Positions 19,230 through 30,269 are shown, counted from the first letter of the stretch. The stretch: DNA of 64,000 nucleotides from an uncultured Gammaproteobacteria bacterium (GCA_964540825.1 CAZINT010000001.1:219396-283395), one strand, 5' to 3'. Translations and numbers: made by a program. Notes: generated from the letters alone by a model not told the origin.

Positions 19230-20360
19230 TTAGTGCAAACTAATCCAGAGTGCTAAAAGTACAAACCCGGCATGGATCATCCAAAAACGCATCACGGTTT
19301 TTTCTTCGCTCCAGCCGCGAATTTCGAAGTGGTGGTGAATTGGTGCCATTTTAAAAATGCGGCGGCCGAGGAGGTGACGGCCGAGGATTTGGATGATAAC
19401 ACTGCCGAGTTCGGCGTAGAAAATAAAACCAAACAGGGGAATGAGAATAAGCCGGTTAATGACAATGCAGTTGATAGCCAGGAGCGCACCCAAGCCCAGC
19501 GACCCGACGTCGCCCATCTGAAAGCGTGCCGGTTTAATATTGAAATAGGTATAGGTCATGAGCGCGCCAACCACGGTGGCGTTTACGATAGCGATCGAAG
19601 CATACCCTTCGATCCACGAAAGCAGCGTGAGGGTTGAAAAGGTGAGAATGAGTGATCCGCCGGCGAGGCCATCCATGCCATCCGAAATATTAACGGCATT
19701 GGAACTGAGAAAAACAAAAATAATAATAAGTGGAATAATGAGCCAGCCGATCGACACAAAACCGTGAAAGGGCAGGTAGACGTCACGCCACTGCTCGCCG
19801 AGCTTAAAATAAATCCACCAGGCCGTAATCGCACCTGCTGCAAGCTGGAAAAGCATGCGTTCGTGGACATGTAAACCTTTGCCCGGGTGCGACCCTAGCC
19901 AGAGGCCAACGCGTTTAAAGAGTGACCAGGGGAAAGTGATGATGAGCCAGAGGCGTTGCTTCCAATCTTTGTGAACACGAATCAGGGTTAAGATGTGTCT
20001 GATTTTTTTAGTGCGCCGTTCATGGCCCATGATGTTGAGAACGTCATCAATACCACCAAGGAGTGCGGAAAGAAGCATGACGCCGATAGGCACCCAGGTA
20101 TACTGGCGGTTCCAGTTAAACAACATGGTAATGACCGCGGTAGTAATAATGACTAAGAGGCCGCCCATAACCGGCACCCCGGCTTTACTGCGACGGGCGC
20201 CCATAGCGAGTGTGGCGTCGTATTCCGGGTTACGGACAATTTTGTATTTATAGAGAAAAGAAATGAGCAGTGGCGCCCATAGAAAGGCAATAAAAGCAGA
20301 AAGTAGACCAAAAAAAATGGCAGTCGTTAGCGAATTGAGGACTTCGGGAGTAAGTGGCAT
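19230..20360 (-). CDS. mraY: phospho-N-acetylmuramoyl-pentapeptide transferase
   Basis: PVMGG, GIDD, NAVNISDGMDGL, FQMGDVGS, MAPIHHHFE. Confidence 0.9.
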   Translation of the reverse strand: MPLTPEVLNSLTTAIFFGLLSAFIAFLWAPLLISFLYKYKIVRNPEYDATLAMGARRSKAGVPVMGGLLVIITTAVITMLFNWNRQYTWVPIGVMLLSALLGGIDDVLNIMGHERRTKKIRHILTLIRVHKDWKQRLWLIITFPWSLFKRVGLWLGSHPGKGLHVHERMLFQLAAGAITAWWIYFKLGEQWRDVYLPFHGFVSIGWLIIPLIIIFVFLSSNAVNISDGMDGLAGGSLILTFSTLTLLSWIEGYASIAIVNATVVGALMTYTYFNIKPARFQMGDVGSLGLGALLAINCIVINRLILIPLFGFIFYAELGSVIIQILGRHLLGRRIFKMAPIHHHFEIRGWSEEKTVMRFWMIHAGFVLLALWISLH

Positions 20361-20455
20361 ATAAGGCTTAGTTTAGCACTAAATTAGCAGGCAAGCAAGT
20401 TGTATGCTGGTCGGGGGTATGTTATAGTATTTTGGCTTAATACTACCATTTTACT

Positions 20456-21709
20456 ATGGAAACGTACGATATCGCGATTGTAGGGGCTAGTTTTGCAGGT
20501 CTAACGATGGGGTGCCATCTGCCATCTGGAAATAAGGCGATCATTCTTGACCGAAAAACGCGCCTTGATACGGCGATTGAAACAACGGGCCTGGTTACCG
20601 AGGCAACCCGCGGTCTCCTGAAAGAGTTTTGTGATGTTGACCGGTTTATTCCAAACCATATTACAACTATTGGGGTTGTTTCGCCGGATTATAATAAATA
20701 TTTTTTTTCACACACGGATAAGCCGTGGATTTATTCCACCGATACCCCGGCGCTCGTGGGGCACTTGGCCGAAAAGTTACCAGCGCAGACTGAGCTTCGT
20801 TTGGGCGCCGGACTTGTGGGATATGAATATGAAGAAAGCGAACAATATCCGGTAGTGGTTACGTATCTGCATGAAGGCACCAAAAAACAACTGCGCGCTA
20901 AATTTATTATCGGGGCCGACGGTTCGCACTCGACGGTGGCGAAACTTAATCCGCATTTGTCAAAGAATAAAAAGTTTTTGGCTGGGTTCGAAAAAGTATT
21001 TTACGGTGATATTTTATTTGGTGACCATACGGAAAATACGATTTATCATTTTTGGTTCGGAGAATTTTCAATTGGGTATGGCGGCTGGCTCTCACCAACG
21101 ATTATTAATGGTAAGAAAGCGTTTCGTCTGGGCCTGGCGAAGCTCGAAAAAGATTTGAAAGATATTAAAAAGATTGATGAATTTATTGCTATTTTACAGG
21201 CTAAAAAAATTATTCGGATTGATGGTGATCCAACGAAGCCGGTGGTTGGTTTTGGGCACCTAATTCCGATTGGTGGCACGCTGACGTTTGTACACGACAT
21301 ACACGCGCTTCTGATTGGTGATGCGGCGGGGTTCTGCGGCGCGTTTGCGGCGGATGGTATTAAGGGTGCAATTGTGTCGGGCAAAATTGCCGCTGACATT
21401 GTGCCAAAGTATCTGGCAGGAGACCGCGCAATTTTAAAAACGTATAAAAATAAAATACAGTCCGAAAGCGGGCTGATGCACTATTATCGCAAACAAGTAC
21501 TCTACAGGTTTTTGTGGGATCGCATGAAGTCAAACCGAACATTTCATGCCTTATTTGATTTGGTCGCTCGGCAGAAAGATACATTTGTGTACCAATTTTG
21601 CGAGAGCAAAGATCGGCGCAAAAGTTTGCTCACAATCGTCCTGAAACCGCAGAATACACGGCTGCTTATAAAGTATGGGTTTCTGGTGGTGCTTGATTTA
21701 TTTCGCTAG
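20456..21709 (+). CDS. FAD-dependent oxidoreductase, geranylgeranyl reductase family
   Basis: IVGASFAG, IIGADG, LIGDAAG...GI motifs. Confidence 0.8.
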   Translation: METYDIAIVGASFAGLTMGCHLPSGNKAIILDRKTRLDTAIETTGLVTEATRGLLKEFCDVDRFIPNHITTIGVVSPDYNKYFFSHTDKPWIYSTDTPALVGHLAEKLPAQTELRLGAGLVGYEYEESEQYPVVVTYLHEGTKKQLRAKFIIGADGSHSTVAKLNPHLSKNKKFLAGFEKVFYGDILFGDHTENTIYHFWFGEFSIGYGGWLSPTIINGKKAFRLGLAKLEKDLKDIKKIDEFIAILQAKKIIRIDGDPTKPVVGFGHLIPIGGTLTFVHDIHALLIGDAAGFCGAFAADGIKGAIVSGKIAADIVPKYLAGDRAILKTYKNKIQSESGLMHYYRKQVLYRFLWDRMKSNRTFHALFDLVARQKDTFVYQFCESKDRRKSLLTIVLKPQNTRLLIKYGFLVVLDLFR

Positions 21710-22468
21710 AGCCTTTAAACGACGAAGTTCGAGTGTTTGCGCTTCCCGTGCACGTTGGTACGTTTCATTGTGATCGCCGGTACAGTTTTGTTCGGTCCAG
21801 GCAGCTTCGGTAAGCGGGGCATCAGGGTAATTTATAATAATCATACCTCGGCGAACCCCATGGTTGTATTTTCCATCAGCCGCCCATTGCAAGGCGTGGG
21901 TGTAGGTAAGCACGGTGATATTTTTTTCTTTTTTGACATCGGTTATGACTACCACATGATCATAATCATGTTGAGGGTTAGTGCCCAGCATGATTATGAA
22001 GTCGCCAGGCCTCGCTTCGCTAACGGGGACAACAGTGCTATTGCGGTCGTGGGCTAATACTTTGACGCCAGCATTTTCCGCGGGGCGCATTTTGATAATG
22101 AGTTTGCGGAAAATATTTTTAGCTTGCGGAAAATATAATGCGTCGCCTAATTTTTTTTTGTGCAGGGCGCAGAGTTCGGCATTAAGTACATGATACGCAA
22201 AGCCCGAACAATCAACGCCGAGTTTGTGGTCAACTAGAAATTTTTGTAAAGTTTCGTTATCAAGCCTTTCTAAATCGATCTTGTCCTTGAGCGAAATAAT
22301 CAGCGCTTCCTCGGCAATATCTTCGGGTGATCCTTTCCCGATGAGGACGCGCAAGCCGCCACGCATACCGCTCCGGCGATTGTTATAGTACGGGCAGGCC
22401 ACCTGACGGTTAGGAAAGGGGAGGGTGAGGTAGTCGTTGATGACTGTTTCGGCCTGGGGAGAAAGCAT
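21698..22468 (-). CDS. NlpC/P60-like cysteine hydrolase
   Basis: GVDCSGF, PGD, DHVVVI. Confidence 0.55.
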   Translation of the reverse strand: MLSPQAETVINDYLTLPFPNRQVACPYYNNRRSGMRGGLRVLIGKGSPEDIAEEALIISLKDKIDLERLDNETLQKFLVDHKLGVDCSGFAYHVLNAELCALHKKKLGDALYFPQAKNIFRKLIIKMRPAENAGVKVLAHDRNSTVVPVSEARPGDFIIMLGTNPQHDYDHVVVITDVKKEKNITVLTYTHALQWAADGKYNHGVRRGMIIINYPDAPLTEAAWTEQNCTGDHNETYQRAREAQTLELRRLKALAK

Positions 22469-22476
22469 AGGGTAAG

Positions 22477-23730
22477 CTATTTGAGACTTTTTAAATAGGT
22501 CGCTTGAGCGGCGCGACTTTTTTGTTGCGCAGCTTCAAGTTCTGCCAAATCGTTAAAGATGCCCTGCTGCGCTGATTGAATTCGTAAAAAATCTGTTTCA
22601 AGTTCGGTGTTTACATAGGGGATTACAGTGTGGTTGGCTTCATGGGCACTTTTGATGATCGCTTTTTGTTGTTTTTTAAGGAGGGGATAGAGCGAAGTGA
22701 CTTTATAAACAATCTGTCCGCCGGTCCAAAGGTCAATAAGTGTATTCCGAGTATTTTTTAAACCGAGCAGGCTCGAGAGGTGTGCCTCAAAAATAGTGTG
22801 GGCACTTTTATTTTTTTGCAGCATTTGAAGTTGTGACTCGTACGTCGTACTGGCCGGCTGTCGCGCATTAATTTCAATGAGATAAAACTTTCTGTTTTTT
22901 TGATCAAAGACAACGTCGATCCCAAAGAGGCCCTTCCAACCGGCGGCGGCCATTTTTTTGCCGATCGCGCCGGCGAGGGCGCAATATTTGTTGTACAAAG
23001 TTTCGGTTAATAAGTCGTAAGGAAGCCCCCAATCATTGCCGATTGTAGCGAAGGGTCGTTCGGTAAATGGCCAGAGCCCGGTTATTTGGTAGCTAATGTT
23101 GCCGATAAAAGTTGTTTTGTCCCATTCGACGTTGTTGCTGGTGAGCATCGGCCCCTCAATATATTGTGTGACACGCGTTGGGCGATCAGGAAATTGTTTT
23201 TGAATTTCTTGAAGTTGTTTTTTGGATTCAATAAGTATGGTCCCGCTACCGGTATGAGCGCGGTTAAATTGCAAGATAAACTTTTCACCGGTGAATTTAA
23301 TTTTTTTACACGGTAAGATTTGGTGCGGTGGCAGATATTTAGCGAGTTTGCCAAGCCATTCCACCTGAGTGATCTTTTCTTCAATTTTACTGGCGAGTTC
23401 CGCGGGCGGGTTCAGGAGGGGCCAGTTGTTTTCCTGGCAGGCTTGTTCGATAGCTGAAGTATTTTTAAAAACGACAATATGCGGATTTTTAATTTTTTTG
23501 ATGAACTTTATAGTTAGAGGATGGGTGAGGAGTTCGCGGGTATCAAGCAGGGTTTTATTTTTGATCAAAAGTACCCCTGGGCGGGTTTTGGCAATCTGCT
23601 TCCCAAAGGGGGTATTGTTTGTTACTATGAAGTAGTTTTTAGTCTTCGGAGGTAACCCTAAAGCCCGCTCGATATCGCGGGTTACATAGACGACGGGTTG
23701 TTTCTTTAAGGCTAATTCTAGGGCTTTCAT
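22477..23730 (-). CDS. ATP-grasp domain protein
   Basis: HTGSGT, QYIEG, GLFGID, LIEINAR. Confidence 0.75.
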   Translation of the reverse strand: MKALELALKKQPVVYVTRDIERALGLPPKTKNYFIVTNNTPFGKQIAKTRPGVLLIKNKTLLDTRELLTHPLTIKFIKKIKNPHIVVFKNTSAIEQACQENNWPLLNPPAELASKIEEKITQVEWLGKLAKYLPPHQILPCKKIKFTGEKFILQFNRAHTGSGTILIESKKQLQEIQKQFPDRPTRVTQYIEGPMLTSNNVEWDKTTFIGNISYQITGLWPFTERPFATIGNDWGLPYDLLTETLYNKYCALAGAIGKKMAAAGWKGLFGIDVVFDQKNRKFYLIEINARQPASTTYESQLQMLQKNKSAHTIFEAHLSSLLGLKNTRNTLIDLWTGGQIVYKVTSLYPLLKKQQKAIIKSAHEANHTVIPYVNTELETDFLRIQSAQQGIFNDLAELEAAQQKSRAAQATYLKSLK

Positions 23731-23773
23731 AAGGTGGTAGTCTACTAAAAAAGAAGGTTTTTGACAACATGGT

Positions 23774-24709
23774 ATGCAGGAACTCTATAAACAGCTTAAA
23801 GAATACGGTCATGTTCGCCCTGGCGCACTTATGGCCAGATACACCACGTTCCATATTGGCGGGCCGGTGCAATTTATGGTTGAAGTACAAGAAACTGAAA
23901 AATTGGTAGCGCTTTTGAATTACTTGATGGGGGAAGGCGTGCCGTATTTCGTTTTAGGCGGCGGATCCAATCTCTTGTGGCAGGACGATGAATGGGAGGG
24001 TGTGGTTATAAAAATAGAAACTCGAAAAATGCAATTGGAAGGTCAAGAAATTATGGCTGAGGCCGGTGCTGCATTTGCCGCGATGGTGATGCTGGCAGTA
24101 CAAAATAATTTAGCCGGACTTGAATGGGCGGCGGGAATGCCGGGATCGGTCGGCGGCGCAGTGCGCGGGAATGCTGGCGCAATGGACAGCGACACGAGTC
24201 GATCGCTTGAAAAAATTGAAGTGTGGCGCGATGGTGAAATTATAATTTTAAAACCTGAGGATTGTGAATATGGGTATCGCGACAGCGCGTTTAAGCGCAA
24301 CACTGATGTTGTGCTCCGGGCCTGGTTCAAAACTACTCCGGGAGACAAGATTGCTTTGATGCAAACCATGCAGGCGACGATTAAAGGCAGAAACGGTAAA
24401 TATCCGGCTTCGCCGTCAGCCGGGAGCTTCTTTAAAAATATCGATGTTAGTGCCTGGACTGGTGACAAGACAAAACTCCCTGAACAGTTTTTGAAGAGTG
24501 GTAAAATCCCCGCTGGTTGGATTAATGAACAAAACGGGCTTAAAGGTTTTGCTGTAGGCGGGGCAAAAGTATCGGACGAACATGGTAATTTTTTGATTAA
24601 TTACGATAAGGCTACCCAAAGCGATGTTTTGGGGGTTGTTGAGGAAGTACAAAAACGGGTGTATGATACCTTTAAGACCGAGCTGGAGCCGGAAGTCGTT
24701 ATTAAATAA
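23774..24709 (+). CDS. murB: UDP-N-acetylenolpyruvoylglucosamine reductase
   Basis: TTFHIGG, GGGSN, PGSVGGAVRGNAGA, SAGSFFKN, HGNF, LEPEV. Confidence 0.95.
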   Translation: MQELYKQLKEYGHVRPGALMARYTTFHIGGPVQFMVEVQETEKLVALLNYLMGEGVPYFVLGGGSNLLWQDDEWEGVVIKIETRKMQLEGQEIMAEAGAAFAAMVMLAVQNNLAGLEWAAGMPGSVGGAVRGNAGAMDSDTSRSLEKIEVWRDGEIIILKPEDCEYGYRDSAFKRNTDVVLRAWFKTTPGDKIALMQTMQATIKGRNGKYPASPSAGSFFKNIDVSAWTGDKTKLPEQFLKSGKIPAGWINEQNGLKGFAVGGAKVSDEHGNFLINYDKATQSDVLGVVEEVQKRVYDTFKTELEPEVVIK

Positions 24710-24735
24710 TAGGATTTATTCTTAATTCTACGCAT

Positions 24736-25095
24736 ATGCAGATCACCACTACGGGGAGAGGTATTGAGCTTACGGAGGCCATTAAGGAATATGTTGAAAA
24801 GAAACTGGGGGTACTTGAGAAATTTTTTGATCGCATCGAACGGGTGGAAGTTACGGTTGGCATGGAAACGCACCATCATGCTAAAGGCGACATTTTCTTT
24901 GCCGAAGCAAAACTTTTGGTGCCGGGCAACGATCTGTTCGTTAAAGAAGTTAATAGTACGCTTTACACCGCGATTGATGCAATTCGTGATCGTTTGGAAA
25001 ACGATCTTAAAAAACACAAAATTACCCTTGCCGGGAATGTAAAAAAACAAAAAGCCGAAGGCAGGGCCGTGAAGGAATACGTTCCTGAAGAATAA
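24736..25095 (+). CDS. raiA: ribosome hibernation factor / RaiA
   Basis: TGRGIELTEAIKEYVEKKL, LYTAID. Confidence 0.9.
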   Translation: MQITTTGRGIELTEAIKEYVEKKLGVLEKFFDRIERVEVTVGMETHHHAKGDIFFAEAKLLVPGNDLFVKEVNSTLYTAIDAIRDRLENDLKKHKITLAGNVKKQKAEGRAVKEYVPEE

Positions 25096-25101
25096 AGGTG
25101 T

Positions 25102-27375
25102 ATGCAGCAACTTAAAAAAGTATTCATGTTTTTTTGGGCCAGAGTGTATTCTCTGGCTGCTGCGTTTATAATCGCCGGCGGGTGGATGTGGTACCACGGT
25201 AACAAGCACTACCATCTGAGGCTGGTTATCATCACGTTTCTCCTGGCGGTCGGTATTTTTATCGCTTATCAGCTAGGGGAATGGCTGTATGGATATTTAG
25301 TTAGACGTTTTGATCGACATCCGTTCTGGCAACAAGAATTCCGGGGATTTTTGGACAGAATTTTTTTTATTCTTTCCCTTTTGTTTGTAGTATTTTTGTC
25401 GCGCAGTGAACTTGTGAGCCTCATCTACGTGTCGCTGGTACTTTTGGTTTTATTTTGGAGACTGCATACCTATATTGCCAAACACCCGGCGCCGGAACTC
25501 TGGCTCATCGTAAACAAACAGGTTTTTGCTTTGGCGTATTTTATTTTTATTGTTCAGGCGGTTTGCCAATACGCTGCGTATCACTATTATATTCTCGATT
25601 CGAATATTAAATTTTTTAATATTGTCTTGTTCCGCTCGGCCGCTATGACCGGGTTTTGGCTCCTGGGGTTTGCGGTCGCGAGCACACTCTATTGGCGGCT
25701 CAAAGGCCTAGTGCGCTACGCGGCAGTAGCCCTGTGGGGAACGCTTTTTTCCATTGTAATGGCAGTCTGGACGGTGAATATCGGTATTTTGTATTACTCC
25801 GGATTATATTTTAGCCCGGTAGTTATCGATCATGTGGAGGGGGCCGGAAGTGTGGCTGAAAATAATCTGACCTATATATTGGCTGCCGTATTTTTGGCAA
25901 CACTGGTGGCGTTTATTTGGCTTCTGCGCTCGGTCTACCAGGCGCATGCGCGAACAGCGGGAAAATATTGGCATTATTATAATGCGGTGATTGTGCTTAT
26001 GGCTTTGGGCGCGATATTCGGCTTATCGTCGTTTAAAAATACCCCCGAACACAAGATTGTGGAATCGTTTTACGACCGCTATTTTGGTACCGAAGTGCAT
26101 GTCGATTTGCCGCCTGCCTTGCAGCAAAAGCTGGAACGATTCGGGCTTTTTTATGACCTGAATAATTTTAAAGTCAGTCACCACGAAACTGTATTTAGCG
26201 CTTCGTCTACGCAGCAGTTTTTGCCTGATCGGCTTGTTGCCAATAAACCCAATATTGTTATTTTTTACCTCGAAGGCTATTCGGCCAGACTTACGGATGT
26301 ATACGACCCGAATAAATTTCCAGGGCTTACCCCCGGGCTCGATGCTTTTGCAGCCGATCCGCACACGACGGTTTTTAGTAATTATTACAACGCTTCTACG
26401 CCGACGATTACCGGTACGCTCTCGCAGATGTGTTCGTTCTTGCCGCCAACGGGGCATAATGAAATCCAAAATGATCGCAAACTGCAGAACCATCACTTGC
26501 TGTGTTTTCCGGATATCCTCAAAAAAGATGGTGGGTATAAATATGCAGCGTACGTAACGGCGGTAGATAAAGAGTACGCCAATAAAGAAGGTATTTTTAC
26601 GAGCGCTGGAGTAGATAAGGTATTTGGTACGAGTGAATTAAAGAAATATATTTCGGGCGAACCGTTATCCTGGGGGTATTCGGATCACCAGCTTTTTCCG
26701 GCCGTCTGGAATTTTATGCAAACTGCTCCGCAGCCGTTCCTGATGATGCTCGCGACCGTTGATACCCATCCGCCGTTTAATCTGTCTCAGGATATTGTGC
26801 CGTATGGCAACGGTAAAGATGATGTGCTGAATTCATTCCGCACAACTGATGATGCTTTCCAAAAGTTTTGGGAAGAATTCAAAACTAGCCCGTTCTATCA
26901 AAACACGATTGTTGTCGCGGTGGCTGATCATGCTATTTTCCCGGCAGCCCTGACTAAAGATTTATTCCCCGCGGAAGCCAAGACCCTCAGTTACTATGAC
27001 CAGAATACCTTCCTCATGTATGTGCCGGATGGAAAACTCCCGAAAAAGGTTGATACGTATTCATCGGGGATTGACGTCACGCCGACACTCTTGCAGATCC
27101 TTAATTTGAATGTGCCCAATTCGTTTGAAGGTCACTCGATTTTTGACGACCGCAGCAAATACCCTAACCTGGTGGGTATGCATGAACTGGGACTCTTTAT
27201 TAATCAGCAGGTCCCGGGTGACAAACGCAAAACTGATTACGATATTCCCGACGACCTTGATTGTCCGGCTGAATTGAATGTGTCATCAACTGCACCTTTG
27301 ACGCTGTGTGAGTTTGCTCAGTTTTATAAATGGAAGCGGCAAATGTTCGAAGAAGGCCGACTTTGGGAAAAATAA
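25102..27375 (+). CDS. LTA synthase / sulfatase-family membrane protein
   Basis: N-terminal TMs; KPNIVIFYLEG, THPPF, ADH, DVTPT. Confidence 0.8.
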   Translation: MQQLKKVFMFFWARVYSLAAAFIIAGGWMWYHGNKHYHLRLVIITFLLAVGIFIAYQLGEWLYGYLVRRFDRHPFWQQEFRGFLDRIFFILSLLFVVFLSRSELVSLIYVSLVLLVLFWRLHTYIAKHPAPELWLIVNKQVFALAYFIFIVQAVCQYAAYHYYILDSNIKFFNIVLFRSAAMTGFWLLGFAVASTLYWRLKGLVRYAAVALWGTLFSIVMAVWTVNIGILYYSGLYFSPVVIDHVEGAGSVAENNLTYILAAVFLATLVAFIWLLRSVYQAHARTAGKYWHYYNAVIVLMALGAIFGLSSFKNTPEHKIVESFYDRYFGTEVHVDLPPALQQKLERFGLFYDLNNFKVSHHETVFSASSTQQFLPDRLVANKPNIVIFYLEGYSARLTDVYDPNKFPGLTPGLDAFAADPHTTVFSNYYNASTPTITGTLSQMCSFLPPTGHNEIQNDRKLQNHHLLCFPDILKKDGGYKYAAYVTAVDKEYANKEGIFTSAGVDKVFGTSELKKYISGEPLSWGYSDHQLFPAVWNFMQTAPQPFLMMLATVDTHPPFNLSQDIVPYGNGKDDVLNSFRTTDDAFQKFWEEFKTSPFYQNTIVVAVADHAIFPAALTKDLFPAEAKTLSYYDQNTFLMYVPDGKLPKKVDTYSSGIDVTPTLLQILNLNVPNSFEGHSIFDDRSKYPNLVGMHELGLFINQQVPGDKRKTDYDIPDDLDCPAELNVSSTAPLTLCEFAQFYKWKRQMFEEGRLWEK

Positions 27376-27384
27376 TTTTGTTGT

Positions 27385-29883
27385 ATGGAGCTTGAAGAAT
27401 TAAAAAAGATTGTGCAAAGCAAGGGGGCGTACCGCGGACTTAGTGCCGAAGCGGCACAGAAGCGCCTGGCCCAGTATGGCCCCAATGCGCGGCCACTGAA
27501 GCGTCCGGCAGGCTGGTACGTTCGCTTGTGGCGGATTATTTCCGAACCCATGACCCTCCTCTTGCTCGTTACGGCGGTGGTGTACTTTTTCGTGGGTACC
27601 CTGTTTGAAACAGTAATCTTGGCCTTATCGGTAATTCCACTTATTATTATTCAGTTTTTTCAGGAACAAAAAACTGATGAGGCGCTCCGGGCTTTGGATC
27701 GCCTGCTCACCGAAAACTGCCAGGTTTTTCGGGATGGTGCTGTCAGTACGCTGGATATTCGTTTACTCGTGCCGGGAGATTATGTCTATCTAACCGCCGG
27801 AGACAAAATTCCAGCCGATGGGTATCTGCTCGCATCGCCGGGGGCATTGATTGATGAATCGATTTTGACCGGTGAATCTGTTCCTGTTGCCAAGGCGGTG
27901 GTGCCAAGTTCGTTAAAAACTAAAGAAAGCGAACATCTTTTGCTGCAGGGCACGCTGCTCGTGCAGGGTGAAGGGTACATGCTCGTAACGGCAACCGGTG
28001 CGGCGACTACTTATGGAAAACTGGGGTCACTTTTAGAAAATATTGCTCTGGTAGAAACACCGCTGCAGAAAAAAATTCATTCGCTGGTAAAAATATTAGC
28101 AGTTGTAGCTGTGCTTACGGCAATATTTTTTGGCATTATTTTAAGCGTGCGGCACGGGTTTGTTTCCGGCCTTCTTGGTGCACTCACGATTTCGATCGCC
28201 ATTATCCCTGAAGAATTTCCCATTGTATTTAGTGTTTTTTTGATCATGGGTGTGTGGCGCATGAGTAAACGTCAGGCCTTGGTGCGCCAGATGGCCATGG
28301 TTGAGACGCTCGGCTCAGCGACGGTTATTTGTACTGATAAGACCGGAACCCTGACCGAAGGAACGATGTCGCTTGAAGTTGTATATTACAATAAAAAGTT
28401 AGTACCCATTGCTAAAAAGAAAACCGGTGATGATTATGAACCGCTTATTCGGGCGGCAACGTTAGCACTGGAGCAAGTGGCGGTTGACCCGATCGAACAC
28501 GAAGTGCAGCGTTTCGCGACTGCAATAGGGTTGTCAAAAGTCGTGCTGCGCGACCAGTATCAGCTTCTTAAAGATTCGTCGTTTGAAGCGTCAACCAAAA
28601 CGGTCAGCCATATTTGGCAAAATCCGGCAGGCGAGATTTGCCAATATACCGCCGGAGCGCCGGAATCAATTTTACAAAAGTCCGATCTCTCGGTAAAAGA
28701 GCGTGACGAATTGACAGCGGTGTACGAGAAAATGGCCGCACAAGGGTACAGAATTATTGGGGTGGCTACGAAACCGCTCAAGAATGCTCAAAAATTTGTG
28801 AATGACAAGATGTTGTTTGCCGGATTTTTGTTTATGAGCGATCCCGTTCGAAACGGCGTGCCCGAAGCGATTGCGGTGTGTCAAAAAGCCGGGGTGCGGG
28901 TAATTATGATTACCGGTGACAGTCCGCTAACAGCGCTCGCGATTGGCAAAAAAATTGGCCTCGTAACCGAGCGCGCGGTACTGGGCGACGAGATTGAAAC
29001 TACTACCGTAGAAAGTTTGTCGGCGCTCGTACAAGACAATTCAATTTTTGCACGGGTTAGACCGGAGCAAAAATATCGGCTTGTAGAAGCGCTCCAAAAA
29101 CAGGGGCAGATTGTGGCTATGACAGGCGACGGGGTAAACGATGCGCCGGCGCTTAAAAAAGCGCAAATTGGCATCGCGATGGGAAAAAAGGGAACTGAGG
29201 TCGCGCGTGCTGCCGCTGGTATCGTGCTTCTTGATGATACGTTTCCGACGATCGTGAGCGCCGTTGAAGAAGGCCGCCGTATTTATGATAATCTTCGCCA
29301 GGCGTTTGTCTTCTTGTTTTCATTTCATATTCCGATTATTTTCCTGTCTTTTTTCCCGATTGTAATTGGTCAGAATTTATTTTTCCTTCCAATTCATATT
29401 GTGTTTCTCGAATTGTTTTGTGATCCGGCGTCGGTCTTAGGTTTTGAGCGTGATAAGGCCAGAAGACATGTAATGACCGAGCCGCCGCGAAAGGCAAGCG
29501 AGCCGCTTTTGCCGCCCAAATTATTGCTCAGGGTGGCTGTCCAAGGTATCGGGATTACCGCGGTTACTGTAGGGCTGTATTATTTTGGTATTCAAAGCGG
29601 TTCACCCGAAGTGGGTCGTACGCTTGGTATGAGTGCGCTCGTGATGACGCAGGTGTTTTTAATCTTGTTTACGCGCGAATGGCAACAGGTAAAAAGTAAT
29701 TGGCTCCTTTTGGTAATCAGTGCGCTGACGCTTGGCATGGTGGTGCTCTGGACGGTTGTGCCGGTTATCCAAGAAGCGTTCCGATTTGTACCGGTGTCTG
29801 GTGTGGTGTTTGGTGAAGTCGCACTACTTTCAATAGCGGCTGCCCTGGTTATGTCGCTGGTGACCAGACTCTTGAAAAAGTAA
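27385..29883 (+). CDS. cation-transporting P-type ATPase
   Basis: LTGES, IPEE, DKTGT, TGDGVNDAPALK. Confidence 0.95.
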   Translation: MELEELKKIVQSKGAYRGLSAEAAQKRLAQYGPNARPLKRPAGWYVRLWRIISEPMTLLLLVTAVVYFFVGTLFETVILALSVIPLIIIQFFQEQKTDEALRALDRLLTENCQVFRDGAVSTLDIRLLVPGDYVYLTAGDKIPADGYLLASPGALIDESILTGESVPVAKAVVPSSLKTKESEHLLLQGTLLVQGEGYMLVTATGAATTYGKLGSLLENIALVETPLQKKIHSLVKILAVVAVLTAIFFGIILSVRHGFVSGLLGALTISIAIIPEEFPIVFSVFLIMGVWRMSKRQALVRQMAMVETLGSATVICTDKTGTLTEGTMSLEVVYYNKKLVPIAKKKTGDDYEPLIRAATLALEQVAVDPIEHEVQRFATAIGLSKVVLRDQYQLLKDSSFEASTKTVSHIWQNPAGEICQYTAGAPESILQKSDLSVKERDELTAVYEKMAAQGYRIIGVATKPLKNAQKFVNDKMLFAGFLFMSDPVRNGVPEAIAVCQKAGVRVIMITGDSPLTALAIGKKIGLVTERAVLGDEIETTTVESLSALVQDNSIFARVRPEQKYRLVEALQKQGQIVAMTGDGVNDAPALKKAQIGIAMGKKGTEVARAAAGIVLLDDTFPTIVSAVEEGRRIYDNLRQAFVFLFSFHIPIIFLSFFPIVIGQNLFFLPIHIVFLELFCDPASVLGFERDKARRHVMTEPPRKASEPLLPPKLLLRVAVQGIGITAVTVGLYYFGIQSGSPEVGRTLGMSALVMTQVFLILFTREWQQVKSNWLLLVISALTLGMVVLWTVVPVIQEAFRFVPVSGVVFGEVALLSIAAALVMSLVTRLLKK

Positions 29884-29943
29884 ATTGTTATATTCTAGTG
29901 GTGTGATATAGTTATTTTAATTTTATTCATCTAATTTTCTTCT

Positions 29944-30255
29944 ATGCACATGGAAGCTGGGTATGTTCCACAAGAAGCATCTGCGAACAAGTCTCGAGAA
30001 GCAAAAAAGCTCGTTCAAGAAAACCTTTCTGTTGATTTAATTGTAAATAAATTAATTTATAGCGGCCTCGGTTCGCTGACTAACGAAGTTTCAACTGAAC
30101 AGACGGGGAAAATACTCAAAAGTAAACTTCTTGCTTTAGAAGTTAATGGAAAGCCAATGAAAACATTTGCGGAAGGTAAACAGATTACCGTCGAACGTAC
30201 AGGAGAAAATGATTTTACTTTTATTAGTGAACAGGCTGAACAAGAATTGAATTAA
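29944..30255 (+). CDS. hypothetical protein
   Basis: AT-rich ORF with upstream TG-x-TATAGT and downstream terminator. Confidence 0.5.
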   Translation: MHMEAGYVPQEASANKSREAKKLVQENLSVDLIVNKLIYSGLGSLTNEVSTEQTGKILKSKLLALEVNGKPMKTFAEGKQITVERTGENDFTFISEQAEQELN

Positions 30256-30269
30256 ATACTGGTATAATT

